NCBI GenBank assembly: GCA_029866025.1
Contig: JARXAD010000001.1
Coordinates: forward strand, 143,361 to 207,360
From: Vampirovibrionales bacterium
Lineage (GTDB): Bacteria > Cyanobacteriota > Vampirovibrionia > Vampirovibrionales > Vampirovibrionaceae
Length of the DNA: 64,000 nucleotides
Direction of reading: 5' to 3'
The notes beneath the pieces were generated by a model. It was given only the letters and a program-made list of their open reading frames with translations. It ran no database searches and was not told the origin of the DNA. Both the position numbers and the translations under genes were made by a program. Below are positions 21,501 through 32,082 of the stretch, one piece after another; within the stretch, counting starts at the first letter, position 1; every line of letters begins with the position of its first letter.

Positions 21501-22277
21501 ATGGCCTACGATACGCCTTTGCTAGACTCTGAAGCCCCCGTGACCTCTCAGCCTCCTTTCTCTATGGATGATGCCACCCCCCTGAATGCTATACGTGAAG
21601 GTGCTGCGGCGGAGGACGCTGAGACCGCTTCGCGCTATGCCAGTAAGCCTGCAACGGCCCTGGGTTCCCATCAGTCTAGCAACATTGGTGTGTATGTGCG
21701 TCAACCGGCCAATACCCAGCGCGAATTGGATGTGCTGTGGTCTAATTCTCGCCACTTCCACAAAGAAGATCGGTCTCCCATTGTGTTTACCGTGGCCGGC
21801 TTGCTGCTGGGTGTGATGATTGCCAGCGCCGTGTTCTTTTTGCTCTCTCAAAAGCCTGAGATTGTGACCAGCCAAGATGCCAGCACCGTAACGGCAGTGC
21901 AAGATGCCGATTTGTTGGCGGAAGAAAATAATTTACCGCCCGAAGATGCGCCCTCCACGGTGGCCACACAAACCAAAGCCATGGAAGAAGAGTCGGCAGC
22001 GGGTGCTGTGCAGCAGGCCCAAACTGTGGAAGCTCAGAACACGCCAGTGGCGTCCTCGCGTACTGCTGCTGTATCGGATAGTTTGGCCAGTGAGCCGGCG
22101 CGCCGTACCCGTGGTAGCGTGCAGCACCGTGTGGAACCTGGCGATACCCTGGGTGGCATTGCTTACAAATACTATGGCGCTAGCACCCCCGCTTTGGTAG
22201 ACAAAATAGCCCGCTCCAATCGCATGACGGATCCCAACAACCTCACCATTGGTCAGGCGTTGGTCATCCCCAATTAG
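21501..22277 (+). CDS. Bitopic membrane protein with C-terminal LysM domain
   Basis: Single TM helix, acidic linker, and LysM HRVEPGDTLGGIAYKYYG…NRMTDPNNLTIGQALVIP. Confidence 0.88.
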   Translation: MAYDTPLLDSEAPVTSQPPFSMDDATPLNAIREGAAAEDAETASRYASKPATALGSHQSSNIGVYVRQPANTQRELDVLWSNSRHFHKEDRSPIVFTVAGLLLGVMIASAVFFLLSQKPEIVTSQDASTVTAVQDADLLAEENNLPPEDAPSTVATQTKAMEEESAAGAVQQAQTVEAQNTPVASSRTAAVSDSLASEPARRTRGSVQHRVEPGDTLGGIAYKYYGASTPALVDKIARSNRMTDPNNLTIGQALVIPN

Positions 22278-22292
22278 GGCTGAGTTGGCGTT

Positions 22293-22955
22293 TTAGCAAT
22301 AGCCACCATAGCCATAGTAGTTATTACGGCAGGCACCGCCGCCAAAACCGATACCTAATATGGCTGCTAACCCTATAAACCCTACCACTGCCCACCCTAG
22401 GTTGCCATTGCCGCCTAGGCCAGCGTCGCCTTGCGTGCTGTGATCAAGGGAAAAGAAGTGTTCGTTGGTGTCGGCCGCAGGGGCTGTGGCCACGGTTTCG
22501 GTGATGGCATTGTCGCCGCCGTCTTTTTTCCCAGTGATGTCTTGGTTCTCATCCTTCGGGTTGTCTTGTGCAACAGTAGTGGGATCGGTGACGAGGTTTT
22601 GGAAGTTCTCAAAGCTAACAAGGCCGTCAAAGGTTTTATCGGCTTCGTCCGCTGTTTTAATGGCTACTTGCAGTTCTTTCCAGTCTAGCTTGTCGTTTTT
22701 AGCGCCCTTTTTACCACCTTTGGTATCCGCAGTTTTAATTAGGTAAGTGGCTTGCTTATCCGTTAAACCTGTGAAGATGCTTTTCAGCTCGGTAGCGGTA
22801 ATGTTGTCTTTGTTAGTGACTTTTAAACTTACAACAGACCTAAAATCTTTTTCAGAAAATTTAAATTTTTTATCTTTTTTGCTGCAACTGGAGTAATCCA
22901 AATAGGCTTGAGTACCTGTTGCGGCAGTATTAATCTTAAATACGGGATCAGCCAT
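22293..22955 (-). CDS. EF-hand-like protein with C-terminal TM anchor (paralog 3 of a triplet)
   Basis: DEADKTFDGLVSFENF; C-terminal WAVVGFIGLAAILGIGFGGG followed by a Tyr/Gly/Cys tail; RBS GAAGGA. Confidence 0.8.
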   Translation of the reverse strand: MADPVFKINTAATGTQAYLDYSSCSKKDKKFKFSEKDFRSVVSLKVTNKDNITATELKSIFTGLTDKQATYLIKTADTKGGKKGAKNDKLDWKELQVAIKTADEADKTFDGLVSFENFQNLVTDPTTVAQDNPKDENQDITGKKDGGDNAITETVATAPAADTNEHFFSLDHSTQGDAGLGGNGNLGWAVVGFIGLAAILGIGFGGGACRNNYYGYGGYC

Positions 22956-23043
22956 GAATTAAATTCCTTCTGTAAAAAATGGGTTAGTGATGGATGGGCA
23001 ATGGCCCGAGCGCAGGGATGAGTGGGTGTCCATTAGGGTGATG

Positions 23044-23065
23044 AAGGGTAGCCTTTGCTACCCTT
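23044..23065. other. Stem-loop directly after the stop of 23064-24263
   Basis: AAGGGTAGC-CTTT-GCTACCCTT, a perfect 9-bp stem with no U-tract on the minus strand. Confidence 0.5.
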
Positions 23066-24263
23066 ATGCAAACATGGGTGGGTTGGCTGGACCTTGAAGC
23101 TGGCCTTGAAATTGCCCTTGAAAGGCGATTGGAGGCGACCCAAACCCTGGTTGTGGCGGGCAAAACGGCACCGACGGTGGGCATAGGGGTTTGGGCCCAC
23201 ACTGCTGTTGGTATTGTGCCATTTGGTTGTTGTACCGTTGTTGATCGTTTCGATTTCTGATGGCAAAGAAAGCCGCCAAGCCAGTGAGTATGCCAGCCCC
23301 CGCAAAAAACAGCCCTTTATTACCGATTTTTTTCTTTTCGGGCTCCGCTGGTTTTTCGTCTTGTTTTTTTAGTTCGGTAATTTCTTTTTCTAGTGCTGCT
23401 ATTTTTTCCTCCAAGGCTTTTGTTTCAGTGTTGGACGGATTATTAATTTCTACCTTGCTGGTGCTACCGCCACCGCCTTTGCTGGATTTCTCCGATTTTT
23501 CTGTTTCTTTTTTCTGGGTTTCTTCCGCAGGATCTGCTTTCAGCAACGCTTCCACATAATCGTTAAACTTACCGATGGTTATTTTGCCATCCCAGGCACC
23601 ATCGTGCTGGTCAATGTCTTGCAGAACACAGCCCACGCCGTCGGTAATGTCGTTGGGTTTAAATTCTTTGGCTTTGTTAAACACAGCTTCGGCGGCGGCA
23701 TCGGTAAGGCCAAACATGGCTTTTATGTCGCCAGCGTCTTTCACAATGCCATCTTTGGTGGCCCCTTGGGCTTGGTCTAGCGCTTTTACGTAGGCTGTCC
23801 AGTCATTGTGGTACTTGGTTTTTCCGTCCTCACTGTTAAGGCTGGCCTTGGTGCCGTTTTGGTCTTCGTCTTTGTCGGCTACTTTTTCTCGTTTGGCTTT
23901 GGCTTCCGGTGGTTTGGCGGGTGCTTCGGCCGTCTTTTCATCCAGCTTGGTTAGGTCTAATTTACAGTCTAAGCCATTGGCATCATCCAAAGCATAAATA
24001 CCCGCAGCAATTTCTTCACCAGATAGTATGCCCTTTTTGTCATCAGTGTCATGGTGGGCAATAAGATAGTTCCACAATTTAGTTGGATCGGCCCCTAATT
24101 GGTTTGCAATTTCGTTCGTGTTGTTCTCATAGAGATTTGATGCAACATAAGTTAATCCTTTGATAATTTTATCTTTTTCTGTCGCATTAATAGCTTCTCG
24201 ACCAGAATTAGTGTCCAGGATGGTATAAGAATGGTCTGCCTTTGTAAAATAACCTATATACAT
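23064..24263 (-). CDS. EF-hand-like protein with coiled coil, C-terminal TM and Gln/Pro/Cys tail (paralog 2)
   Basis: DTDDKKGILSGEEI and DIDQHDGAWDGKITIGKF; TM GLFFAGAGILTGLAAFFAI; RBS AGGGGGG. Confidence 0.82.
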   Translation of the reverse strand: MYIGYFTKADHSYTILDTNSGREAINATEKDKIIKGLTYVASNLYENNTNEIANQLGADPTKLWNYLIAHHDTDDKKGILSGEEIAAGIYALDDANGLDCKLDLTKLDEKTAEAPAKPPEAKAKREKVADKDEDQNGTKASLNSEDGKTKYHNDWTAYVKALDQAQGATKDGIVKDAGDIKAMFGLTDAAAEAVFNKAKEFKPNDITDGVGCVLQDIDQHDGAWDGKITIGKFNDYVEALLKADPAEETQKKETEKSEKSSKGGGGSTSKVEINNPSNTETKALEEKIAALEKEITELKKQDEKPAEPEKKKIGNKGLFFAGAGILTGLAAFFAIRNRNDQQRYNNQMAQYQQQCGPKPLCPPSVPFCPPQPGFGSPPIAFQGQFQGQLQGPANPPMFA

Positions 24264-24421
24264 ATTAAATTTCCCCCCTAAATATTGATTTGTGAATACT
24301 TGAGTAAGCCCAATAAACCCGGTGTTGTTTTAAAAATATTTTTAACCAAAGCGCATGTTGGTGTTAAGTCATCATCAAAAAATCCTTTTATGGTGTGGTG
24401 TAAAACAATGCTAAATAAAAT

Positions 24422-25513
24422 CTACGCAAAGGGGTTGCGGCCAAACAGCCCTTGATTGAGCCCCTGATTGGGTGGCACGTTGCTGTAAACAGGCCCTTGT
24501 GGCGGCATTTGCATTTGGTTAGCACGATACTGTTGAATACCCAGGGCTAAGGCAGCGCCACCCAATAACAGGGCTAGCAATTTGCCAGTACGGCCACGCA
24601 AAGTATCGAGCAAGGTGGGCTTGGCAGCCACGGCTTCTTCGGGTACTTCTTCCTCGGGAGCAGGTGTTTCGGGTTCTTCTGGCGCAACGGGTGCCGGTGG
24701 TGTTACTGCTTCGACAGGTTTTTTCTTGGCCACCTTTTGTTTGCCACCGCCCGAAGCTTTTTTGGCTTTGGCTTCCTGAATATCGTCTTTTGCTTTATCC
24801 AAGGTTCCTTCCAAAACGGCGTTTAAATCAATGGACAACTTTGCATCCGGGTAGCGAGCCTCCAGTTTGTTGGGGTAAGCATCGGTCGTTACTTGGCGAA
24901 CCAACTTAGCCACATATTGTACTTGGGTTAAATTAGTGCTGTTTGCTGTATTATAGGCGGCTCGTTTTGTTTCTAGTTCCGCAATTTTCGCCGCATGGGC
25001 AGTGTTGCCAATCAAGTAATTTGCAATGGCTTCGTAGTTTCCATTTTTGGTTAACGTTAGTTTATTGCTTGCATCCACCGTGCCATTTAAGTTGGCTGGG
25101 GCCGTTGCTCCACCTGAAGTAGGTGCCGTAGGTGCGGGAGTCGTCGTGGTGGCATTCGCATTGGTTACGTCTACTTTGTAGTTGCCTTTTTTCCAACTGG
25201 CTTCAATGGCTTTGGCTTCGGCTAGGGTAATAATGCCGTCTCCAGTACCTGTTTTACCGTCAATATTGCCATCATCGGCATCTTCTAAAAATTTAATAAC
25301 GCGATCATCTAAATCGGTGTCACGGCCATACAAGCTTTTGGTGGCGGTATTAAATAAGTCTACTTGCTCATCAGTGGTAAAATTAAAAAATGCTTTTAGT
25401 TCAGCATCGTCCCAAATCAGACTGTCCTTGTCGCCAATCGTTTTGGCCAAGGCTGTTTGATAGTGTTTCCAATTGTCATAACCTGAATTTTTATAGGTAA
25501 ACCATGCAGACAT
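24422..25513 (-). CDS. EF-hand-like protein with Pro/Glu linker, C-terminal TM and Gln/Pro tail (paralog 1)
   Basis: DADDGNIDGKTGTGDGIITLAEA; TM LLALLLGGAALALGI; RBS GGAG. Confidence 0.82.
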   Translation of the reverse strand: MSAWFTYKNSGYDNWKHYQTALAKTIGDKDSLIWDDAELKAFFNFTTDEQVDLFNTATKSLYGRDTDLDDRVIKFLEDADDGNIDGKTGTGDGIITLAEAKAIEASWKKGNYKVDVTNANATTTTPAPTAPTSGGATAPANLNGTVDASNKLTLTKNGNYEAIANYLIGNTAHAAKIAELETKRAAYNTANSTNLTQVQYVAKLVRQVTTDAYPNKLEARYPDAKLSIDLNAVLEGTLDKAKDDIQEAKAKKASGGGKQKVAKKKPVEAVTPPAPVAPEEPETPAPEEEVPEEAVAAKPTLLDTLRGRTGKLLALLLGGAALALGIQQYRANQMQMPPQGPVYSNVPPNQGLNQGLFGRNPFA

Positions 25514-25578
25514 AATAAATGCTCCAATAAATTGAACGGGTAAATTAAAAAAAGAAACACCAAAAAATAAGTTATAGA

Positions 25579-25598
25579 ATTATATTTATATAAAAACA
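25579..25598 (-). promoter_or_regulatory. Candidate promoter TGTTTTTAT-N5-TATAAT upstream of the triplet
   Basis: Minus strand reads TGTTTTTAT ATAAA TATAAT; TTGTTAC direct repeats 11 bp apart lie at 25622 and 25633. Confidence 0.5.
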
Positions 25599-25660
25599 AC
25601 TGTGTGGGTTTTAAGAACAGCTTGTTACGTGTTTGTTACACGCACTGTTGCAAAGGCTAT

Positions 25661-26656
25661 TTATACCCCTTGCAGCAACACCTGCCGCACCGCCACGCCA
25701 TGGGCCACTTGCTGGCGGATGAGCACCGTTTGGGTAGGGTTTACCACCTGCCCTTTGTGGCTTTGCCCAAACCTAAATTGCGGGTGCAGCTCCACGCCCC
25801 AATTTACGGGCCCTGGGTGCAATACCCACGCGGGCAAGCTTTCCGGTGTTTTTTTGGTTTTTTGCAAGCGCTCGGGCGTTAGCTGGTAGGCGGCAATCCA
25901 CGCATCGGTTACGCCACTGCCCCGCTCCGTTTGCACACGCAGCGTCATAATCGCGTCGACGCCACTTAATGCATCATTCAGTACCGTGTGGCGCTGGCAG
26001 CCCACAAACACGGGGTCTTCCAAGTTGGGCAGCCACTCCACAGGTCCGCACAAGCTAACGGTGGCGCCCAAGGTTTTAAACACGGTGGTAGTACTGCGGG
26101 CCACGCGGCTTTTTCGGCTATCCCCCACAATGAGAATACGCATCTCTTTAAACGTAGCCAGTTTTTCTTTGTAAGACCCTCCTTGGAGGGTCCATAGGGT
26201 GTAGGCATCCGCCAATGCTTGGGTGGGGTGGTGGGTGGTGCCTTCTCCTGCGTTAATCAATCGCACGTGGGGCCATTCTGCATCCAAATAACGCGCCACT
26301 TCACCATGCAGCCCGTCTTGGCTGTGGCGCAGCACAATAGTGCCCGCCCCCAATGCTGCCAAGGTCTCCATGGTATCCAATACCGTCTCGCCTTTTTGCA
26401 CCGACGACGTCGCCACGTTCAAATCCAGCACCGGAAACCCCGCCTGCTGCGCCGCCTGTATAAAACTCATGCGCGTCCGTGTCGAGTTTTCATAAAACGC
26501 CGCCGCCACCGCCAAAGGCGGTTTTTCAGTTAGATTATGCGTTAGCGCTGAGTGTCCTTGAGGGGATTTTTCCAGCAACGCTTTTGTTGTCTGGAAAAAA
26601 GCCAGCAATTCTGGGGCCGTAAATTGATTAGCACTTAGCACATGGTGATGATTCAC
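25661..26656 (-). CDS. pyrB: Aspartate carbamoyltransferase catalytic subunit
   Basis: FYENSTRT, SSVQKGETVLDT, HPTQAL, LRVQTER and LHPGPVN. Confidence 0.95.
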   Translation of the reverse strand: MNHHHVLSANQFTAPELLAFFQTTKALLEKSPQGHSALTHNLTEKPPLAVAAAFYENSTRTRMSFIQAAQQAGFPVLDLNVATSSVQKGETVLDTMETLAALGAGTIVLRHSQDGLHGEVARYLDAEWPHVRLINAGEGTTHHPTQALADAYTLWTLQGGSYKEKLATFKEMRILIVGDSRKSRVARSTTTVFKTLGATVSLCGPVEWLPNLEDPVFVGCQRHTVLNDALSGVDAIMTLRVQTERGSGVTDAWIAAYQLTPERLQKTKKTPESLPAWVLHPGPVNWGVELHPQFRFGQSHKGQVVNPTQTVLIRQQVAHGVAVRQVLLQGV

Positions 26657-26695
26657 AGCACATCGCCCCTAACTCATCAACAACAAACCAAAAAA

Positions 26696-27262
26696 TTAAG
26701 CGTACGTTACCAACGCATGAATGGGCGTATTGGCCGGCAGCACGCTTTTTAGCACGGGCACGCCACCCAAAAAGGCCAAATCCACCACAAATTGCACCGC
26801 CGCTACGGTGGCACCGGCTTCTTGCAACAATTCAATGGTGGCTTTCGCCGTGCCGCCGGTGGCCAACAGGTCATCAATCACTACCACGTTGTGGCCAGTG
26901 GTAATGGCGTCCGCATGCATTTCAATCACATCCGTGCCGTATTCCAAAGCATATTCACGGCTGACGGTTTTGGCAGGCAATTTCCCTTTTTTACGAATGG
27001 GTACAAAGCCCAAGCCCAGCTTGTACGCCAAGGCTGCCCCAAACAAAAAGCCACGAGACTCAATCCCCACAATGAGATCCACATCAATCTTGTTTAATTG
27101 TTCTGCCAAGGCATCCACGGTTTGGGCAAACAGCTCGCCATTAGACAGGATAGGCGTGATGTCTTTAAACACAATGCCTGGCTTGGGAAAATCGGGAATG
27201 TCGCGAATAGCGGTGCGCAAGGCCGTTTCAATGGGAGTGGTGGCAGTCATGGAAGGGCTCAT
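26696..27262 (-). CDS. apt: Adenine phosphoribosyltransferase
   Basis: IPDFPKPGIVFKDITP, GIESRGF, YALEYG and PRPP motif VIDDLLATGGT. Confidence 0.98.
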   Translation of the reverse strand: MSPSMTATTPIETALRTAIRDIPDFPKPGIVFKDITPILSNGELFAQTVDALAEQLNKIDVDLIVGIESRGFLFGAALAYKLGLGFVPIRKKGKLPAKTVSREYALEYGTDVIEMHADAITTGHNVVVIDDLLATGGTAKATIELLQEAGATVAAVQFVVDLAFLGGVPVLKSVLPANTPIHALVTYA

Positions 27263-27347
27263 CTCGGTTGGCTTTCATTGTTCGGTAAAAGGGTGTGCCC
27301 AACCACTGTAGCAAAACCGTTAGACTGTCTCCAGCCGAGCAACCGCA

Positions 27348-29975
27348 TTAGTAGGGTGTGGCCGCTTGGCGCTGAATGTCGTCTAGTGAGGCGGACAGCA
27401 GCCATTGGCGATACGCCCGAATGGGCTGCCAAAGCTGCCCAATCAAGGCATATTCGGGGAAATCCGTAAGCGACAACTTCGCCGTCGGCTGCTGGAAGGT
27501 GAGGGTCAGCATTTCTTCCTCACCGGTGGCAGTGGATTCCCAATGGACTAAGCCCATGCGCCCAAACAAGCTAAGGGATGCCAACACCAAAGGCCCTGTG
27601 ACTCCCCACTGGCACGCCAGGGTTGAGGCCGCAATTTGCAAAGGCGTATTATCTGACGGTGCGCTGTTTTTTAGGTGACGATAGACTGATCGGAGCCAGT
27701 CTTCTACGGGTTGGTGCACCGATTGAGCTTGCCAGACGGCCCCCACCACATGGATGCGGCTGGGCGAGACGGTCTTTAATAATTGATTCAGCACCTGAGG
27801 GCTGGGGGGCAAATCCCACAACACCAAGCGCTGAGCTGGCAATGCGTTTTGGCGGGTTACCAGCTGCTCTGGCGATAAGAAAGGGATATCCGGCGGTGTG
27901 GGAGACTCATGAAACAGAAGAGCCGTCGTGGATTCGCCCTCATTGCTCAATAAGTCTTTGGGTTGCATCAATTGAGCCACCAGCGTTTGCACCGCTTCGC
28001 GAGGGCGATGATCCAGCCACACCGGTGCTGAAGAGACTGCTGGTTGCCCTACCGACTGAATCACAGGGGTAATCGTCTTAGGGGGAACCGAAGCGACCTG
28101 CAGGGCAGGGCGGACATTTTTAGAGGCACCACTACCCGACACCACACCCAAGTCTTGGAGCTTCAGTTGAAGACGGCTGTTACCATTAAAGGTGTTGCAT
28201 TCGGGGGCTACTACCAAGCGCACCACTTGGCCTACTTCTACGGGATACTCGTCTGCCCGCTGCCACAGCAGGGCTTCAATAGGGTCGGCATTGCGGTCGT
28301 TTTCGGGCGCTACCAGCAATTTTAGGTGTTGGCTGCGATCGCCCATGCGCTTAACCACTTTAATTTGGAGCGGTTGGGTCATAAACAACGGGGCCGGATT
28401 GGCTTGGCCAAAGGGTGCCATGGATTGAATGATCTCCAACAACCCCAAGTGGAGCTGATCCCACTGCAATTCGGCATCAATACGCACTGTGGGTTTGCAC
28501 ACGTCGTCTGGGATTTGCCCTTGGCAGTAAGCCAGCAACTCGGACCGAAAGGCGTCAAAATCGTTGCGAGCTAGGGCAAAACCGCCGGCACCGGCATGGC
28601 CGCCATAGTGCTTAAACCAACGGGAACAATGGGTAAGGGCCGTGTGCAGGTTAAAGCCCTCAATGCTGCGGGCAGAGCCTTTAATCGTATCGGTCGCCTC
28701 ATCCACAATCATTAAAAACACGGGCACGTTGTAGCGATCTTTAAGGCGAGACGCAGCCAAACCGATAATCCCTGCATGCCAATCGGGGCTGGCCAAAGCA
28801 ATGGCTTTTTCGCCGTTTAATCCACCCCGCTTCGCTAGCGCTTGTTCCGCCTGCAGTAAGGTTTCTTCGCACATGCCTTGGCGCTGACGATTGAGGGCAT
28901 CCAAATGCTTGGCAATGGTCTCGGCTTCAGCTGGGTTATCGGTAGTGAGCAAGGTGACGCCTGCATCAGCCCGTTCCAAACGTCCCAACGCATTCAGGCG
29001 AGGGCCGATGGTAAAGCCAATGGTTTCAGCGGTAATGGGGTTGTTGGCATTCCCCCCAGCCACAGCAATGAGGGCATCAATACCCACACACGGAGCCGCT
29101 GTTTCTCTGTTATTTAGGCTTTGCAGGCCGCGCCACACCAACCACCGGTTTTCACGGACCAAGGGCATCATATCCACCACGGTGCCAATAGCGGCAATGG
29201 CATAGAGGGTTTCCATCACCACGGGGTCGGCGTCGTATTGTTCCAAAAGCAATTCACACAGCTTTAAGGCCACACCTGCCCCACACAAGTGATAGAGGGG
29301 ATGCAACTTGTCACTCAGCCGTTTGGGGTTGATATTGGCCACCCCCGGCGGCAGTTGCTCCGCCAAATCGTGGTGATCCGTCACAATGGTTTCCACGCCC
29401 AGGCCGTTGAGTAGGCTGACTTCGTTAAAGTTGGTAATGCCGGTGTCGGTGGTAATGACCAAGCGCGTGTTGCGGCTGCTGACTAGTTTGCACAAGGCGG
29501 TAGCGTTTAACCCGTGGCCTTCCGCCGAGCGATCCGGAATGTAATGGCTGACCTTGGCCCCCAAGGTCTTCAGGGTGTGCACAAACACCGACGTCCCTGT
29601 CTGGCCATCCACGTCAAAATCGCCATAAATCAAAATGGGTTCTTGATTATCAATGGCCTTAACCATTCGCTCCAAGCCAATGTCGGCGTCGGGCAGTTCC
29701 AAACCGCTGGTAGGGGTAAAATTAACCAAATCTAAAAAGACGGCGGCCTCATCCACGTCATTCCAACCTCTATTAGCCAATAACTGGGCCAATAGATTGT
29801 ACCCTTGGGGCGAATGCTCTTTGGCCAGGGATACCAGCTCTGGGCTGGGGGCTTGCGCCGAAGTTACTTGTAGCCAGCGCCCTTGTTGTAAGGGTAACGA
29901 AGCCAGCGGAGACAATTGAGGTGCGCTCACCACATCGGGATCGGCAAAGGGGGTGGGGTCTAAGGAAGTCAGCAT
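27348..29975 (-). CDS. recJ: ssDNA exonuclease RecJ with C-terminal extension
   Basis: YGDFDVDG, TDTG, TDHH, GPRLNALGRL, GSARS, GGHAGAGG and PFGQANPAP; start is either ATG 29975 or the ORF-track start 30011. Confidence 0.95.
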   Translation of the reverse strand: MLTSLDPTPFADPDVVSAPQLSPLASLPLQQGRWLQVTSAQAPSPELVSLAKEHSPQGYNLLAQLLANRGWNDVDEAAVFLDLVNFTPTSGLELPDADIGLERMVKAIDNQEPILIYGDFDVDGQTGTSVFVHTLKTLGAKVSHYIPDRSAEGHGLNATALCKLVSSRNTRLVITTDTGITNFNEVSLLNGLGVETIVTDHHDLAEQLPPGVANINPKRLSDKLHPLYHLCGAGVALKLCELLLEQYDADPVVMETLYAIAAIGTVVDMMPLVRENRWLVWRGLQSLNNRETAAPCVGIDALIAVAGGNANNPITAETIGFTIGPRLNALGRLERADAGVTLLTTDNPAEAETIAKHLDALNRQRQGMCEETLLQAEQALAKRGGLNGEKAIALASPDWHAGIIGLAASRLKDRYNVPVFLMIVDEATDTIKGSARSIEGFNLHTALTHCSRWFKHYGGHAGAGGFALARNDFDAFRSELLAYCQGQIPDDVCKPTVRIDAELQWDQLHLGLLEIIQSMAPFGQANPAPLFMTQPLQIKVVKRMGDRSQHLKLLVAPENDRNADPIEALLWQRADEYPVEVGQVVRLVVAPECNTFNGNSRLQLKLQDLGVVSGSGASKNVRPALQVASVPPKTITPVIQSVGQPAVSSAPVWLDHRPREAVQTLVAQLMQPKDLLSNEGESTTALLFHESPTPPDIPFLSPEQLVTRQNALPAQRLVLWDLPPSPQVLNQLLKTVSPSRIHVVGAVWQAQSVHQPVEDWLRSVYRHLKNSAPSDNTPLQIAASTLACQWGVTGPLVLASLSLFGRMGLVHWESTATGEEEMLTLTFQQPTAKLSLTDFPEYALIGQLWQPIRAYRQWLLSASLDDIQRQAATPY

Positions 29976-30103
29976 GACGTTATCATACGGGTTTTGGCCT
30001 GCCTCTCGCAATGGGCCCCCAAGGGGGCTTTATACGAGTGGGCTTGATGACGGGGTGGTACACTGAACGCATCGTCCTCCAACTTTTAAAAAGCCCTTTC
30101 TCT

Positions 30104-31261
30104 ATGGCCATTCAATACGGCAGCGACCCTACGCCCCCCAGAGCACCCAAAAGTCTCGGTAAGGGCTCAAAAAAAGAAGCCTCTTCACTGACGGCAGATA
30201 CCATTACCGCTGCGTTCCAAGCCGTGGCATCCATAGGAGTGGCTTCTGCCACCCACCCCGTGCCGCGCTCCAAGTTGCTTGCCAAAGAAGCCAGTGAGGC
30301 CGACGACCAACTGGAGCAAAAAATACGGCCCCATCAACTGAGTGACTACATTGGCCAAAGCAGCCTGAAAGAAACCCTTTCTATTAGCATTCAGGCGGCC
30401 CAAAGCCGCAACGAACCCTTGGATCATGTGTTGCTATATGGTCCACCCGGCTTAGGGAAAACCACACTGGCCATGGCCTTGGCTTATGAAATGAAGGCTC
30501 CCTTTCAGCTAACAACGGCTCCTGCTTTAGAGCGCCCTCGCGATTTGGTGGGGCTACTGATGGGCTTAGAACCCGGTAGCGTTCTGTTTATTGATGAAAT
30601 TCATCGGCTTAACAAGCTGGCGGAAGAAATCCTCTACCCCGCCATGGAAGATTTTCGCTTAGATCGCACCGTGGGCAAGGGTCATGCCGCCAAGATTTTG
30701 AGTGTGCCATTGCCCAAGTTTACCTTGATGGGAGCCACCACCAAGGCGGGCAGTTTGGCCAATCCGCTCCGAGACCGCTTTGGCCTCACCTTTCGCCTGA
30801 ATTTTTACACCCCAGACGAATTGCAGGCCATTATTACCCGCTCTGCCAAAATACTGGGCGTGGCCATTACCGACGATGGCGCATCCTTGATGTCGTCTCG
30901 AAGCCGCGGAACCCCCCGTATTGCCAACCGTCTGCTGCGCCGCGTGCGGGATTATGTGGCCGTGAGTAAAGGTCCCAATGCTCCCATTGATGGAGAGATG
31001 GCGGAAGCCGCCTTGGCCTTGTATGGCATTGACCCCCAAGGCTTGGATGAAAGCGACCGCACCATGCTAAGCCTAATGGCCACCCAATTTAACGGCGGCC
31101 CAGTGGGATTAGACACCCTAGCAGCTGCCATGGGAGAAGACCCCCGAACCTTGGAAGACGTGGTGGAGCCGTACTTGCTACAGTGTGGCCTCATCCAACG
31201 CACCCCTCGTGGGCGCCAACTTACTGCCGCAGCGCAGTTGCTTTTATTTAACGCCCATTAG
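30104..31261 (+). CDS. ruvB: Holliday junction branch-migration helicase RuvB
   Basis: [45 protein letters not shown] and EPYLLQ…RTPRGR; start uncertain. Confidence 0.97.
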   Translation: MAIQYGSDPTPPRAPKSLGKGSKKEASSLTADTITAAFQAVASIGVASATHPVPRSKLLAKEASEADDQLEQKIRPHQLSDYIGQSSLKETLSISIQAAQSRNEPLDHVLLYGPPGLGKTTLAMALAYEMKAPFQLTTAPALERPRDLVGLLMGLEPGSVLFIDEIHRLNKLAEEILYPAMEDFRLDRTVGKGHAAKILSVPLPKFTLMGATTKAGSLANPLRDRFGLTFRLNFYTPDELQAIITRSAKILGVAITDDGASLMSSRSRGTPRIANRLLRRVRDYVAVSKGPNAPIDGEMAEAALALYGIDPQGLDESDRTMLSLMATQFNGGPVGLDTLAAAMGEDPRTLEDVVEPYLLQCGLIQRTPRGRQLTAAAQLLLFNAH

Positions 31262-32007
31262 GGTGCTTGCCACTCAAACTGAATGTTTTGTACTTTCGCA
31301 TTAGGATGGCGCTCCAGAATATAAGTCTTAACAAAGGTTGTTACAGTTCCACCCCTCGGGGCAGCTGTTTTTCGGTCTCCCGATATATAATCCAACACGT
31401 GCTGTGGTAAATCCATTGTTTTTAAAAGAACAACACCACCAGGATCAATAATTTTGAAGACGGCATCCGTCAGTTCCTCATAATGATGACCAACAACATC
31501 ACCTAGCACTGCGTCAGAGCCCATCTTTTTTAAATCATCCTTGATTTCCTTAATGGCGGCATCATTAAACTTTAGTAAGAAAACCTTAGCACTTGGATCA
31601 TAGCTTACAACCAAGTCATTCTTTGTGTAAGCAATCTTGCCGGAATAAACTTGAGGTTCAGTCCTCTCAGGATCACTATGTTGATCTTTAATGTAGGTGA
31701 GGATTTCATCAATTTTTTTTTGTGGCAGTGGTTTGGTTGTAGTTGTAACTTTAGTCTTTTTTATCTTCGGTGTGGGCTCGTTAGTTGTTTCAGCCCTTAC
31801 TGCTGGGGTTGTTTCAAACCCATCTCTATCAGGCTTTGGGTTTTCTTGCTTTGCACGTCTCAATTGCTGCCTCAAGTCTAAATTGACCTGTTCCAAACTA
31901 TCCACTGTCTTCCAGCAGTCAGGCTTTGTGTCTTGTTGGGCAAAAGCTCTACCGCTTGCTAATAATGCAAAGGTTAAGGCCAAAGGCTTGAATAAAAGAG
32001 AACGCAT
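31258..32007 (-). CDS. Secreted hypothetical protein
   Basis: Sec-type signal [23 protein letters not shown] followed by a short coiled coil; AT-rich codon usage; GGAG RBS. Confidence 0.75.
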   Translation of the reverse strand: MRSLLFKPLALTFALLASGRAFAQQDTKPDCWKTVDSLEQVNLDLRQQLRRAKQENPKPDRDGFETTPAVRAETTNEPTPKIKKTKVTTTTKPLPQKKIDEILTYIKDQHSDPERTEPQVYSGKIAYTKNDLVVSYDPSAKVFLLKFNDAAIKEIKDDLKKMGSDAVLGDVVGHHYEELTDAVFKIIDPGGVVLLKTMDLPQHVLDYISGDRKTAAPRGGTVTTFVKTYILERHPNAKVQNIQFEWQAP

Positions 32008-32082
32008 ACAAAAACTCCAACATATCGCTCTAAGTGAACCCTGTTGAAAACCTCCTGAATAATTAAAATTGCGTGTCAGCGC

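Noticed and set aside
26721-27311. Long antisense and alternate-frame ORFs over apt, and similar ones over era, mfd, valS and atpA
   Set aside because: They fully overlap well-supported conserved genes and carry no recognisable motifs.
28335-28342. HIP1 octamer GCGATCGC
   Set aside because: Only an isolated copy was noticed, far from the high density typical of HIP1-rich oxygenic cyanobacteria.
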